NCBI GenBank assembly: GCA_963579735.1
Contig: CAUZIB010000011.1
Location: 700-64,699, forward strand
Origin: Vicinamibacteria bacterium
GTDB taxonomy: Bacteria; Acidobacteriota; Vicinamibacteria; Vicinamibacterales; UBA8438
DNA: 64,000 nucleotides
Reading direction: 5' to 3'
The position numbers were made by a program, and so were the translations under genes. Of the stretch, positions 18,638 through 27,039 are shown piece by piece; position 1 is the first letter of the stretch; each line of letters starts with the position of its first letter. Below the pieces are notes generated by a model, which did not search any database, was not told the DNA's origin, and was given only the letters and a program-made list of their open reading frames with translations.

Positions 18638-19777
18638 ATGAGTCGACGACTGCTCGAGTCGTTCGGTACGGCAACGGTGTTCGCAACCGTCATGACGCTT
18701 CTGCAACTCACGGCGGTGCCGGTGGAAGGACAGGCTCCACCGACGACGGCCTGGGGCCATCCAAACCTGGAGGGTATTTGGCTCGATGTGTATGACACGC
18801 CATTCGAGCGGGCGGTCGAATTGGGTGACCGCGAGCTCGCGACGGCCGAAGAGCGGGCCGCCCGCGACGAGGCTCGGATGATGAGCCCGGGGCGCAACCG
18901 GCGTGGGGAAGATGGTCGGCAAGACGTGGCGGGGGCATACAACGCCGTCTATACGTCGGCGAGACCCGCCGGCCCCCGCACATCGCTCGTCGTCGATCCG
19001 CCAAACGGGAGGATTCCCGCCCTGACGGTCGAGATGCAGCGTCAGAACGAGATCCAGCAACAATGGCGGCTCATGCTGTTGCGTAACACCGAGACGTGTG
19101 AGATTGGCGCGCCCGGCTGTTCTGGTGGTCAGTACGGAGAGCCATCGCCCGATCGATTCGATGTCGCGCCTTTCTACAACACGGGGCGGATGAATCGTCA
19201 TGACGGCCCCGAGGATCAAAGCTCCGGCGATCGTTGCATGTCGGGGCGCACGCCTGACCTGAGAGGATTTCGTCGGATCGTCCAGGGAGCGGATTCTGTG
19301 GCCATCGGTTATGACACCGGACAGGGGCAGGGATTCCAGCGTGTCGTCAACCTGAGCGGCGGCCATCCGCCGAGTCAGATCCGTCTTCGGCATGGGGACT
19401 CACGCGGTCACTGGGAGGGCGAGACCCTGGTGATCGAGACGACCAATTTCTCATCAAAGTTTCTGTATCGTGGTGCAGGTGCGAACCGTCGACTCGTCGA
19501 ACGCTATAGCCGGGTTGACGATGACACGCTGACGTATGAGATGACGATTGAAGATTCCACCGTGTGGACGGCACCCTGGACGATCCGGCAGGAGCTCAAG
19601 CGCCAGAGCGACGAGCAGAATCGGATCTACTATGAGCCTCGGTGTCACGAAGGAAACTACGGGCTCCCGGCGTTGCTCATCGGTGCGAGGATGGATGAGC
19701 AGGCTTTTGCGGAGGGGAGCGGGCCGAATCCGTTCTCCATGGACACCGCCACCTGTGTCAATGGCTTACAAGACTAA
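18638..19777 (+). CDS. secreted protein, CHEGN-motif family (paralogue P2, with a Cys-containing insertion)
   Basis: GGGAGG RBS and a signal peptide. Motifs WGHPNLEGIW, TSLVVDPPNGRIPALT, HGDSRGHWEGETLVIETTNF and YEPRCHEGNY. It has an extra roughly 60-aa insert (ETCEIGAPGCSGGQYG...). Confidence 0.75.
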   Translation: MSRRLLESFGTATVFATVMTLLQLTAVPVEGQAPPTTAWGHPNLEGIWLDVYDTPFERAVELGDRELATAEERAARDEARMMSPGRNRRGEDGRQDVAGAYNAVYTSARPAGPRTSLVVDPPNGRIPALTVEMQRQNEIQQQWRLMLLRNTETCEIGAPGCSGGQYGEPSPDRFDVAPFYNTGRMNRHDGPEDQSSGDRCMSGRTPDLRGFRRIVQGADSVAIGYDTGQGQGFQRVVNLSGGHPPSQIRLRHGDSRGHWEGETLVIETTNFSSKFLYRGAGANRRLVERYSRVDDDTLTYEMTIEDSTVWTAPWTIRQELKRQSDEQNRIYYEPRCHEGNYGLPALLIGARMDEQAFAEGSGPNPFSMDTATCVNGLQD

Positions 19778-19804
19778 GCAAACGAGAGAGAGCAAGGAGC
19801 GACA

Positions 19805-20782
19805 ATGAAAATCCGGTTCAGAGGCTCGACCGTTGTCACGGCCCTTGCCGCCGCCACCGTGGGTGCGTTCATCTCCGTCGCGGTAACGAGTACCGCCAGC
19901 CAAAGCCAGGGTCAGGCGCCGCGCCCGGCCGAGACCCCGGACGGACGGCCAAACTTCAACGGCGTGTGGCAAGCCAACAACGAAGCGCATTGGGACTTGG
20001 AAGCCCACGAGGCACGCCCCGGCATGGTGACGCAGCCGGGGGTGTATGAGTACGAGTATGCCGAGGTGCCGGCGGCCCCCGTGCTGGCGCTAGGCGCGGC
20101 GGCAGGCGTACCCGGGTCGTTGGGTGTCGTGCAGGGTGATGGTCGGATTCCCTACACCGCGGAGGCGCTGAGCATCAAGCAGGAGAACGCCGCGAACTGG
20201 ATCGACCGGGACCCCGAGCTCAAGTGCTACTTGCCGGGTATTCCACGGGCGATGTACATGCCCTACCCGTTTCAGATCGTCCAGAGCGACGACAAGATCC
20301 ACATGACGTTCGGCTTTTCAAACGCGGCACGGGTGATCCATCTCGACACGGTCGACCTTCCGCCGGACTATACCTACATGGGGCACTCGCTGGGACGATG
20401 GGAAGGAGATACTCTCGTGGTCGATGTGACCGAGTTCAACGGGAGGACCTGGTTCGACCGCGCCGGGAATTTTCATAGTGAAGCCCTTCAGCTTACCGAG
20501 CGCTTCTCGCAGATGACGCCAGATGTGATCTGGTATGAAGTCACGATGACGGACCCGCAGACCTTTACCGAGCCGTGGACGATCGGCATGCCAATTTATC
20601 GGCGGATGGACCCCAACGCGACGGTCCTGGACTATCCTTGCATCGAATTCGCCGAAGAGTTCATGTATGGACATCTGCGGAGAGAGCAGTTGGTCGAGCG
20701 CTGGGAAGGCGAGACCATGATTATCGACATCACACGAAAGATTCCGCCTGGCGACGAGCTCCACCAATGGTATCGTCGGTAG
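19805..20782 (+). CDS. secreted protein, divergent member of the CHEGN-motif superfamily (P3; CHEGN motif itself lost)
   Basis: AAGGAG RBS and a signal peptide. MGHSLGRWEGDTLVVDVTEFNGRTWFD...TERFSQMTPDVIWYEVTMTDPQTFTEPWT aligns with the core of P1, P2, P4 and P5. It lies 27 nt downstream of P2. Confidence 0.7.
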   Translation: MKIRFRGSTVVTALAAATVGAFISVAVTSTASQSQGQAPRPAETPDGRPNFNGVWQANNEAHWDLEAHEARPGMVTQPGVYEYEYAEVPAAPVLALGAAAGVPGSLGVVQGDGRIPYTAEALSIKQENAANWIDRDPELKCYLPGIPRAMYMPYPFQIVQSDDKIHMTFGFSNAARVIHLDTVDLPPDYTYMGHSLGRWEGDTLVVDVTEFNGRTWFDRAGNFHSEALQLTERFSQMTPDVIWYEVTMTDPQTFTEPWTIGMPIYRRMDPNATVLDYPCIEFAEEFMYGHLRREQLVERWEGETMIIDITRKIPPGDELHQWYRR

Positions 20783-20865
20783 CCGGCCGGTACGACCGAC
20801 CGTGCAGAAGTTTGGTAGCAACAGGCATCGACCCGAGACGCAGTAACAGCTGAGAGGTAATACCC

Positions 20866-21327
20866 ATGAGAGCGAGAACAGTGATTCTTTGCGTGAGCGC
20901 GGTTGTCGGGTTTTGTGGGTGGTTTGCGGGAACCGCCGAGCCCGTCGCGGCCCATCACGCCTTTGCAGCCGAATTCGATGGCGACCGACCGGTCGAGTTC
21001 AGCGGCTCGGTCACAAAGGTCGAGTGGATCAACCCGCACGTATGGATCCACGTTGACGTAGAGCGGGACGACGGCGCCATTGAAGAGTGGGCATTTGAAG
21101 CCGGCACGCCAAACGTGTTGTTCCGACGAGGCTTTACCAGACGCTCGCTACTACCGGGAACCGAGGTGCTCGTCGACGGGTATCAGGCGAAAGATGGTAC
21201 GAACCGGGCGAACGGCCGGGACATTACATTCGGCGACGGCACAAAGCTCTTTCTCGGGTCGTCCGGGACCGGGGCCCCCTGGGAACTCGCGCGACCTGGT
21301 GTAGACACGGCCGACCCGGCTCGCTGA
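20866..21327 (+). CDS. small secreted protein, DUF6152-like
   Basis: Signal peptide, then mature AHHAFAAEFD...SGSVTKVEWINPHVWIHVDV...EEWAFEAGTPNVLFRRGF...LLPGTEVLVDGYQAKDG. This pattern matches my recollection of the DUF6152 family (HHS...WxNPH...). Confidence 0.65.
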   Translation: MRARTVILCVSAVVGFCGWFAGTAEPVAAHHAFAAEFDGDRPVEFSGSVTKVEWINPHVWIHVDVERDDGAIEEWAFEAGTPNVLFRRGFTRRSLLPGTEVLVDGYQAKDGTNRANGRDITFGDGTKLFLGSSGTGAPWELARPGVDTADPAR

Positions 21328-21364
21328 TTGCCGCCCGGTTCGGGCCCACACCTCTTCTTTTGGT

Positions 21365-21404
21365 CTGGGTGATGTTCGACGCCTCCTGTGTTGACATCAC
21401 CCAG
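21365..21404. terminator. hairpin between convergent genes (11-bp perfect stem, 18-nt loop)
   Basis: CTGGGTGATGT (21365-21375) pairs with ACATCACCCAG (21394-21404). It lies between the DUF6152-like gene (+) and the MarR remnant (-). There is no clear U-tract. Confidence 0.35.
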
Positions 21405-21460
21405 CGCTTTGCACTCGAAGCAGATTGCTTCAACGTTGGCTCTGGCTCGAGGCGCCTCTC

Positions 21461-21736
21461 TCATGCGGATGACTCTTCTTGTTTCTCCGCACCGAGTACT
21501 TTTGAGAGTATTCGGCTGAGGGCGCCGACGTCGTCCTGATCCAGGTGAGCCAAGAAGTGACGAGCGACCTGGCGTAAATGACCCGGCGTCGTCCGCGCCA
21601 GCGTCTGTTGTCCCTCCTCTGTTAGCATCGCCTACTGGCCGCGACGGTCGAACCTTGCACGGTTGTCGAAGAATCAGTCCGGCCCGGCCGGCGCATGGTC
21701 AACTGTATCTCTGCGACGAGTATGGGTGCTGACCGT
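21461..21736 (-). pseudogene. remnant of a MarR-family regulator (C-terminal half only, with in-frame stops)
   Basis: Manual translation of the minus strand gives ...DTVDHAPAGPD*FFDNRARFDRRGQ*AMLTEEGQQTLARTTPGHLRQVARHFLAHLDQDDVGALSRILSKVLGAEKQEESSA*. This fits the MarR wing and C-terminal helix pattern (DRR...LTeeG...). The stops lie at complement 21674-21676 (TGA) and 21632-21634 (TAG). The N-terminal wHTH half is absent. Confidence 0.45.
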
Positions 21737-22012
21737 TCAGGACGGGCGGGTCCCGCACTTCGGACAGATATAGCCGCGGTCGTCGTTGCGGAGACGGATC
21801 CCATCGATGTGGTTCACCACAAAGTCCTGTATGAACGCGTAGCGCTCGGCGCCGTTGTTCACATGGATCTGGCGGTCCCGGGCGGTCTGTCGGATTTCTC
21901 CGTCGTACTCATATCGTCCCCAGCAATTGGCGCAGGCGCCCTCTGGCGCGTCGCTAGCAGTCTCCTCCGCAGGACGGGAGAAGAAGGCCGACGACGTGTC
22001 GAGCAGGCTCAT
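21737..22012 (-). CDS. small conserved hypothetical protein with a four-Cys zinc-ribbon-like arrangement
   Basis: From ATG 22012: MSLLDTSS...GACANCWGRYEYDGEIRQTARDRQIHVNNGAERYAFIQDFVVNHIDGIRL...YICPKCG. It has a CxxC...CxxC arrangement. The ORF-track start at 22249 is an over-extension. Confidence 0.55.
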   Translation of the reverse strand: MSLLDTSSAFFSRPAEETASDAPEGACANCWGRYEYDGEIRQTARDRQIHVNNGAERYAFIQDFVVNHIDGIRLRNDDRGYICPKCGTRPS

Positions 22013-22181
22013 GGGAACCTCCGGTCGGGATGGGCAATTGGTGAGCTCCGGTATACGAGCGCTTCGGCTATGCGCTTGGACGTGCCGGCTGTTTGGGGAG
22101 TCCGTGAAGGCGGGAGGAGGGGACCGTCGGTCCCGCCCTCCCTGTTGAGTCACGCCTTGATCCACACCGGCGGGCGCGATG

Positions 22182-23048
22182 TCAGCCCAGCGCGTTTTCG
22201 AACAAGACGAGTAGACGGCTCCACGCTCGTTCGGCCTGTGCTTCGTCATACACGGTCGAATCGGGGGGGCACCAGCCGTGCATCGCCCCGTCGTAGACCT
22301 CGACTTCCGCCGGTAACCCCGCCTGTGCGAACGCGTCGCGTAGCACGTCCTTGGCTTCGGGCTGGTTCTCGTCGTCGTTGGCAGCGATGGCGAACAGATA
22401 GTGCGCCTCCATTTGCGGGACGAGAAGATGAGGGCTATCCGGTTGATCGGTCACGAGGCCACCACCGTGGAAGGACGCGGCCGCGCCGACACGATCGGGA
22501 AGGGTCGCGGCGGTTCTCATAGTGAACGGCCCGCCCATGCAATAGCCCATCGTCCCCATCTTCCGGTTGGAGTCGACCGACGCTTGGCCGTCGAGAAAGC
22601 CAACAAATGCCCTCGCGTCCGTCGCCTGGGTCTCTGCGTTCAATGACCCCATTAGCGGAACGATGATGTCGCGTACTTCGGCGAAGTTCGTGGTGTTGAC
22701 GACGGGCGCTCGTTGCGACCGGTAATACGGGTTGACCACGAGGACCGAATAGCCGGACTCCGCGAGGCGCTTGGCCATCTGCTTCTTCGCGGGCCGAAGG
22801 CCAAACGCATCGGGCCAGATGATGACACCTGGATGAGCGCCGGTCGAAGGATGGACAAAGTAACTGTCTGCCACGCCGTCCGGCGTCGTGACGTCGATCT
22901 CTGATTCCGTCACTGCCTGCGCGTTTGCGGGCCGGGGCAATAGCATTGCCAGCCCCGTGCCGGCCGATACGGCGCCAAACTGTCGCCGTGTGATCTTGTT
23001 CCCACGCAAGTATTCAGTGTTGTTGGATTCTGTTCGGTCATCACACAT
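22182..23048 (-). CDS. dienelactone hydrolase family protein with Tat leader
   Basis: Twin-arginine leader (TRRQFGAVSAGTGLAMLLPRPANAQA). Dienelactone-hydrolase-like core (GVIIWPDAFGLRP...GTMGYCMGG...FHGG...HGW). Confidence 0.85.
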   Translation of the reverse strand: MCDDRTESNNTEYLRGNKITRRQFGAVSAGTGLAMLLPRPANAQAVTESEIDVTTPDGVADSYFVHPSTGAHPGVIIWPDAFGLRPAKKQMAKRLAESGYSVLVVNPYYRSQRAPVVNTTNFAEVRDIIVPLMGSLNAETQATDARAFVGFLDGQASVDSNRKMGTMGYCMGGPFTMRTAATLPDRVGAAASFHGGGLVTDQPDSPHLLVPQMEAHYLFAIAANDDENQPEAKDVLRDAFAQAGLPAEVEVYDGAMHGWCPPDSTVYDEAQAERAWSRLLVLFENALG

Positions 23049-23137
23049 TGGTGCCTCCTCAGGGACGAGTTACGGCGGGCGAAGTGTACGTTTCGGTCGC
23101 GTTCTCCGGCGACGGTGGTGCCGTCGCCGATGTGCAT

Positions 23138-24169
23138 CTACTTTGATCCAGTCTTCATTACCGCTGCCGCCGCCTCTTGCATCCGAGCGCCGGCAAGGAT
23201 GTTGGGGATGGCGTAGTTTCCTTCGTGGCAGGCGTATTCGTAGATCACATAGTCAGGCTCGGCCGTGAGCGGAATCGACATCGTCCACGGCGCAGTGTAG
23301 ACATTCGGATCATCGACTGTGACGGTCCACATGATCGTGGTCTCCGACACGCGCTCGTAGCGCTCGACCACATGGAGCCTCGTGCTGGTTGGGATGCCCT
23401 TCAAGCGCCGACCAGCGCCGCTCGTCGCGATCCAGCCGCGGTTGTGGAAGTTCCGTGTCTCCACCACGAGGACCTCTCCTTCCCAATGCGCGCGCGCGTC
23501 ACCCATCCAGAGATCGATGCGGTCATCGATGTGCGGATGGTCCGACAACGGAATAACGCGTAGGTCGTGGATCATCTCGTGCTGCAGGACGATGTGGTCG
23601 CGGGTTTGCACGATGCGGTGCGTGTTGTTGTATCCCGCCGGAAGCATCGAGCCCGGCACACCCCGCGACAGACACCGGTCCAGCGTGCTCAAGTGCCGAT
23701 AGTGGTCACCCTCGTGGGCGAGATTGTATGCCTTGGCCTCGGTCGCCCATGTCTTGATAGGTGCCCGGCCGTCCGGCGGGTCGACGATGAGCGACGTCTG
23801 ACCGGTCGACAAAACCGTGTCGCCCGAGTCGAGCCAGTAACTCCCGTAGGCACCAAGCTGGCCGCCGGCTTCGGTGCGTTGGGCGGGCGCGGCGTCCTGC
23901 GCTGCCAGGGCTTGCACCCGTTGCGCGTGAGCCGCCGCCATCTCTTCATCCGTCAGAAACGCTCGTCCCTCCGCGGAATCGGGACGTTCCGTCGGGGTGA
24001 TGGTCTTGTTCCCCCAGAGGCCCTGAAGGTCCGGATGTCCGTGAGCCGTGCGAGGCGTGGTCCAGTTGGGGTCCGCGACTCGTTCCACCTGAGCGGTGGC
24101 CGACGGAGCAGCCAGCGCGCAGGTGAGGGCCGCGGCGGCGAGAGTGAACGGTATGGGGCGTGCTGACAT
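23138..24169 (-). CDS. secreted protein, CHEGN-motif family (paralogue P4)
   Basis: AAGAGGAG RBS and signal peptide MSARPIPFTLAAAALTCALAAPSATAQ. Motifs HGHPDLQGLW, TSLIVDPPDGRAP, HEMIHDLRVIPL, GDARAHWEGEVLVVETRNF and YEYACHEGNY. Confidence 0.8.
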   Translation of the reverse strand: MSARPIPFTLAAAALTCALAAPSATAQVERVADPNWTTPRTAHGHPDLQGLWGNKTITPTERPDSAEGRAFLTDEEMAAAHAQRVQALAAQDAAPAQRTEAGGQLGAYGSYWLDSGDTVLSTGQTSLIVDPPDGRAPIKTWATEAKAYNLAHEGDHYRHLSTLDRCLSRGVPGSMLPAGYNNTHRIVQTRDHIVLQHEMIHDLRVIPLSDHPHIDDRIDLWMGDARAHWEGEVLVVETRNFHNRGWIATSGAGRRLKGIPTSTRLHVVERYERVSETTIMWTVTVDDPNVYTAPWTMSIPLTAEPDYVIYEYACHEGNYAIPNILAGARMQEAAAAVMKTGSK

Positions 24170-24507
24170 GCAATAACTCCTCTTTCGTGGACGTGACGGA
24201 ATGCTCGTCGATCCTACTGCCGCCCGCTACGGCGTTCAATGCTGCCTTAGACCGGTCCGCCGCTGGGACAATCCTCTCGCGGGGGCCACAGCTATTGACT
24301 CGCAACTGCGGTGTCTCTCTCGAGACCGTTTCCCAAGAGGCTCTGGTCGGCCGGGCGCCTCGCCGTGAGCGGTGTCGCCAGCGACCTCCACCGCGGGCTG
24401 CTAGACTCGCGCCGTAGGTTGTGCTTCGCCCGCAGGTTGAGGCTGAACGAGGGGCGCCGGACCTGACCGGCGTAGCACCGTGAACGGAACGTAAACGGAG
24501 GTTTCCC

Positions 24508-25467
24508 GTGAGTTCAAGTTCCGACGCTGATCTGCAGTTCGACCGTGCCAAGTACAGCCAGGAGACGGAGGACGGTCTTAGAAAGTGTGTTTCATGCGGG
24601 ACGGAACTCCTGCGTGAGTAGTACACCGCCAATGGCAATCTCATCTGTCCCGCGTGTCATTCTCAGCTTCTCGTCGGTACGGCGGAAGGCTCCGCGCTTG
24701 GACGATTCTTTCGCGCGACTGGTCTCGGCCTCGCGGGAGGAGGAGCAGTGGGAGCGGCGATCTATTTTGCGATCGTGACGCTCACCGGTTACGAGACCGG
24801 GTTAGTAGCCATAGCCGTTGGGTTTCTGGTTGGGGCCGGTGTTCGAATGGGTTCCCACGGGAAGGGTGGAATGCCGTATCAAGCACTCGCCTTGGCCGTC
24901 ACGTACTTTGTCGTCGTCACATATGTGCCATTCATCATTGAAGGCATGTTTGTCCCGCTTGAAGTTGCCCCGGAAGAGATGGCCAAGGTTATTGTCCGAA
25001 GCGACGACTCGATCGTACTAAACGGATCACCCGTTACGGTCGAAGAGGCCGTTACCGGATTGGAGCGGTTCAGCGAATCTGGCGTGGTCTGGTACTACCA
25101 GGAACAGTCGGACCAGGAGGAGATTTGCGCCGCCGCTGTTTCTGTGTTCGCCGCTATTACGAAGCAAAATCTGTACGTGTACCTCTTTCACGACCCGGGC
25201 TTCACCGAGCCTGAGAATTTTTGGAGAGACATGCAACGTCGGGACCTCCAGGGCAGAGGAACGATCTGGGCGTTCGTCTTCGCGACGGCCGTAGCCGCAC
25301 CTTTTTATGATCTGCCGGGCAACATCATCGGGTTGGCCATCATAGGATTCGCCCTCTTTCAGGCCTGGAAGATGAACCGGCGAGAGCGAATTGCGTTGAC
25401 CGGGCCGTTTGAGATCTCTCAACTCGCGGGCGCGCGAGTGTCCTCCTCATCCGCGCTCCGCGACTGA
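24508..25467 (+). CDS. zinc-ribbon / multi-TM membrane protein interrupted by an in-frame TAG
   Basis: GGAGG RBS 7 nt before GTG 24508. Manual translation gives VSSSSDADLQFDRAKYSQETEDGLRKCVSCGTELLRE*YTANGNLICPACHSQLL...GLAGGGAVGAAIYFAIVTL..., so TAG 24619-24621 splits a CxxC...CxxC ribbon. The frame is identical to ORF 24748-25467. The TGA overlaps the ATG of the next gene. Confidence 0.6.
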
Positions 25468-26512
25468 TGGCGCTCCCGATGGGAGGCCTTGCTGGGGCGT
25501 GCCCTCGGTGCGCTACCCAGGTGTCGAGCGGCTTGGTGAGTTGTCCGTCGTGCCACGCTCTGCTGCACGCGGAGCAATTACGGAAGCTCGTCGCGGGGGG
25601 AGAAAGACGCCGCGTCTCCGGGGGCTTCACTGGCGCGCTAGCCTCGTGGCGACAGGCGTTGGAGCTCCTGCCTCCCGCATCGAGACAATACGACGCCGTC
25701 TCCGCAAAGGTTGCCGCGCTCACCCGTGACGGTCGTGAGTCAGGCGCTGGGGGGGGGGCGACACAGGTGTCGCCCGATCGGGGCTGGTGGACAAGAGGCT
25801 GTCCGCGGCCGGGGCACTGGGTCTTGCGCTCTGGAAGTTCAAGTTCCTCGGAGCCTTCGTCGCCACAAAAGGCAAGCTATTGCTCCTAGGCCTGACAAAG
25901 GGCAGCACCTTCTTGTCGATGATCCTCTCGCTCGGCGTCTACTGGACCGCCTGGGGATGGAAATTTGCGCTGGGGCTGGTGGTGTCCATCTACGTGCATG
26001 AGATGGGACATGTCGCAATGTTGCGCTATTAGGGCATCAAGAGCGCTCTGCCCACGTTCATTCCAGGCCTCGGCGCGGTGATTAGACTCAAACAGTATCC
26101 GCACACCGTCATCGAGAACGCCCGCGTCGGTCTCGCCGGCCCCTGGTGGGGTCTTGGTGCGGCCATCGCGGCGTTTGCCGTTCACCTTGTCACTGGCTGG
26201 CAGAGTTGGGCGGCCATCGCCCGGGTCGGCGCATGGATCAATTTATTGAATCTTGTTCCCATCTGGCAACTGGATGGAGGTCGTGGCTTCGCGGCACTGA
26301 CGCGTTCTCACCGTTGGATCGTCGTTCTCGTTGCGACAGTGGCCTGGTTTCTAAGCGGCGAAGGCATGTTGATTCTGCTGTTGATTGCCGCAGTCGTACA
26401 GACGCTGGGCGGGAAGGCGCCGACAGACGAGGCCCCGCGTACGCTAGTTGAGTACGTTCTTTTGCTCTGTGTGTTGTCCTGGATGACGACCATCTCCGCA
26501 TCGGTCGAGTGA
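25467..26512 (+). CDS. site-2-protease-like (M50, HExxH) membrane metalloprotease with an N-terminal zinc ribbon, disrupted by a frameshift at a G10 run and an in-frame TAG
   Basis: The N-terminus has CPRCATQVSSGLVSCPSCH (ORF 25467-25889). After the G10 run the reading continues in the frame of ORF 25787-26032 (LALWKFKFLGAF...VSIYVHEMGHVAMLRY). TAG 26030-26032 follows, then the same frame continues (GIKSALPTFIPGLGAVIRLKQ...GLAGPWWG...NLLNLVPIWQLDGGR, ORF 26078-26512). Confidence 0.7.
25749..25758 (+). repeat. G10 homopolymer coinciding with the frame switch inside the M50 protease gene
   Basis: Ten consecutive G at 25749-25758. The upstream frame is frame 0 and the downstream protease frame opens only after the stop at 25736-25738. 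Confidence 0.9.
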
Positions 26513-27039
26513 GCGGTGCACTAGCGGTGCCAACGATTGTTATCAGCCGAATCGACTCCGGGGTTGGTGCCGTAGACTGACTATGGTGACTCGCACGTCG
26601 ATGGCGGCGAAGCTTCTCATTGCGCTCGGACTGTTTCGTGATGGAGAGGCGCTCATGAGGCAGAATCTGCGTCGTAGCCGGCCCGGCGCATCCGAGCATG
26701 AGGTGGAGCAGGAGTCGCGAAAGTCGGTCACCTCGTTGCGGTCAAGCTCCTGGCTCGTTCTGAAGACCGTCCACAGGACGAGGTTGATCTCCGAGCCTTG
26801 ATAGACGCCGCGGAAGAATCCGACCTTGCTCTCGCTCACGAAGCAGTGGGCTTGATTGAAGGGAGAGGTTTTGCGCGCGGTCGTGACCTGCGGGCCGCGC
26901 TAGCCGAGGTTCTCGCGCGCTAGCGGTGGGTGCGTTTCGGTGGCCCAACGGTGTTTCCCGTCCGCGCGTTGTTACGGTTGCGCCGACCGGTATACTTTGG
27001 CGACTTGAGTCTCCCGAGTCTTTCTCCCAGGAGGGCACT

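Noticed and set aside
21695-22522. 275-aa plus-strand ORF
   Set aside because: It is antisense to the zinc-ribbon gene and the dienelactone hydrolase, and it is extremely Arg-rich.
263-26032. Possibility that TAG is reassigned to a sense codon in this organism, given four in-frame TAGs
   Set aside because: TAG terminates about 22 of the called genes. Several of these end at C-termini that align with paralogues (P1, P4 and P5, and both DUF1552 copies). Reading through them gives long extensions that do not look like protein. Global reassignment is therefore not tenable. Nonsense mutation or sequencing error is the simpler explanation.
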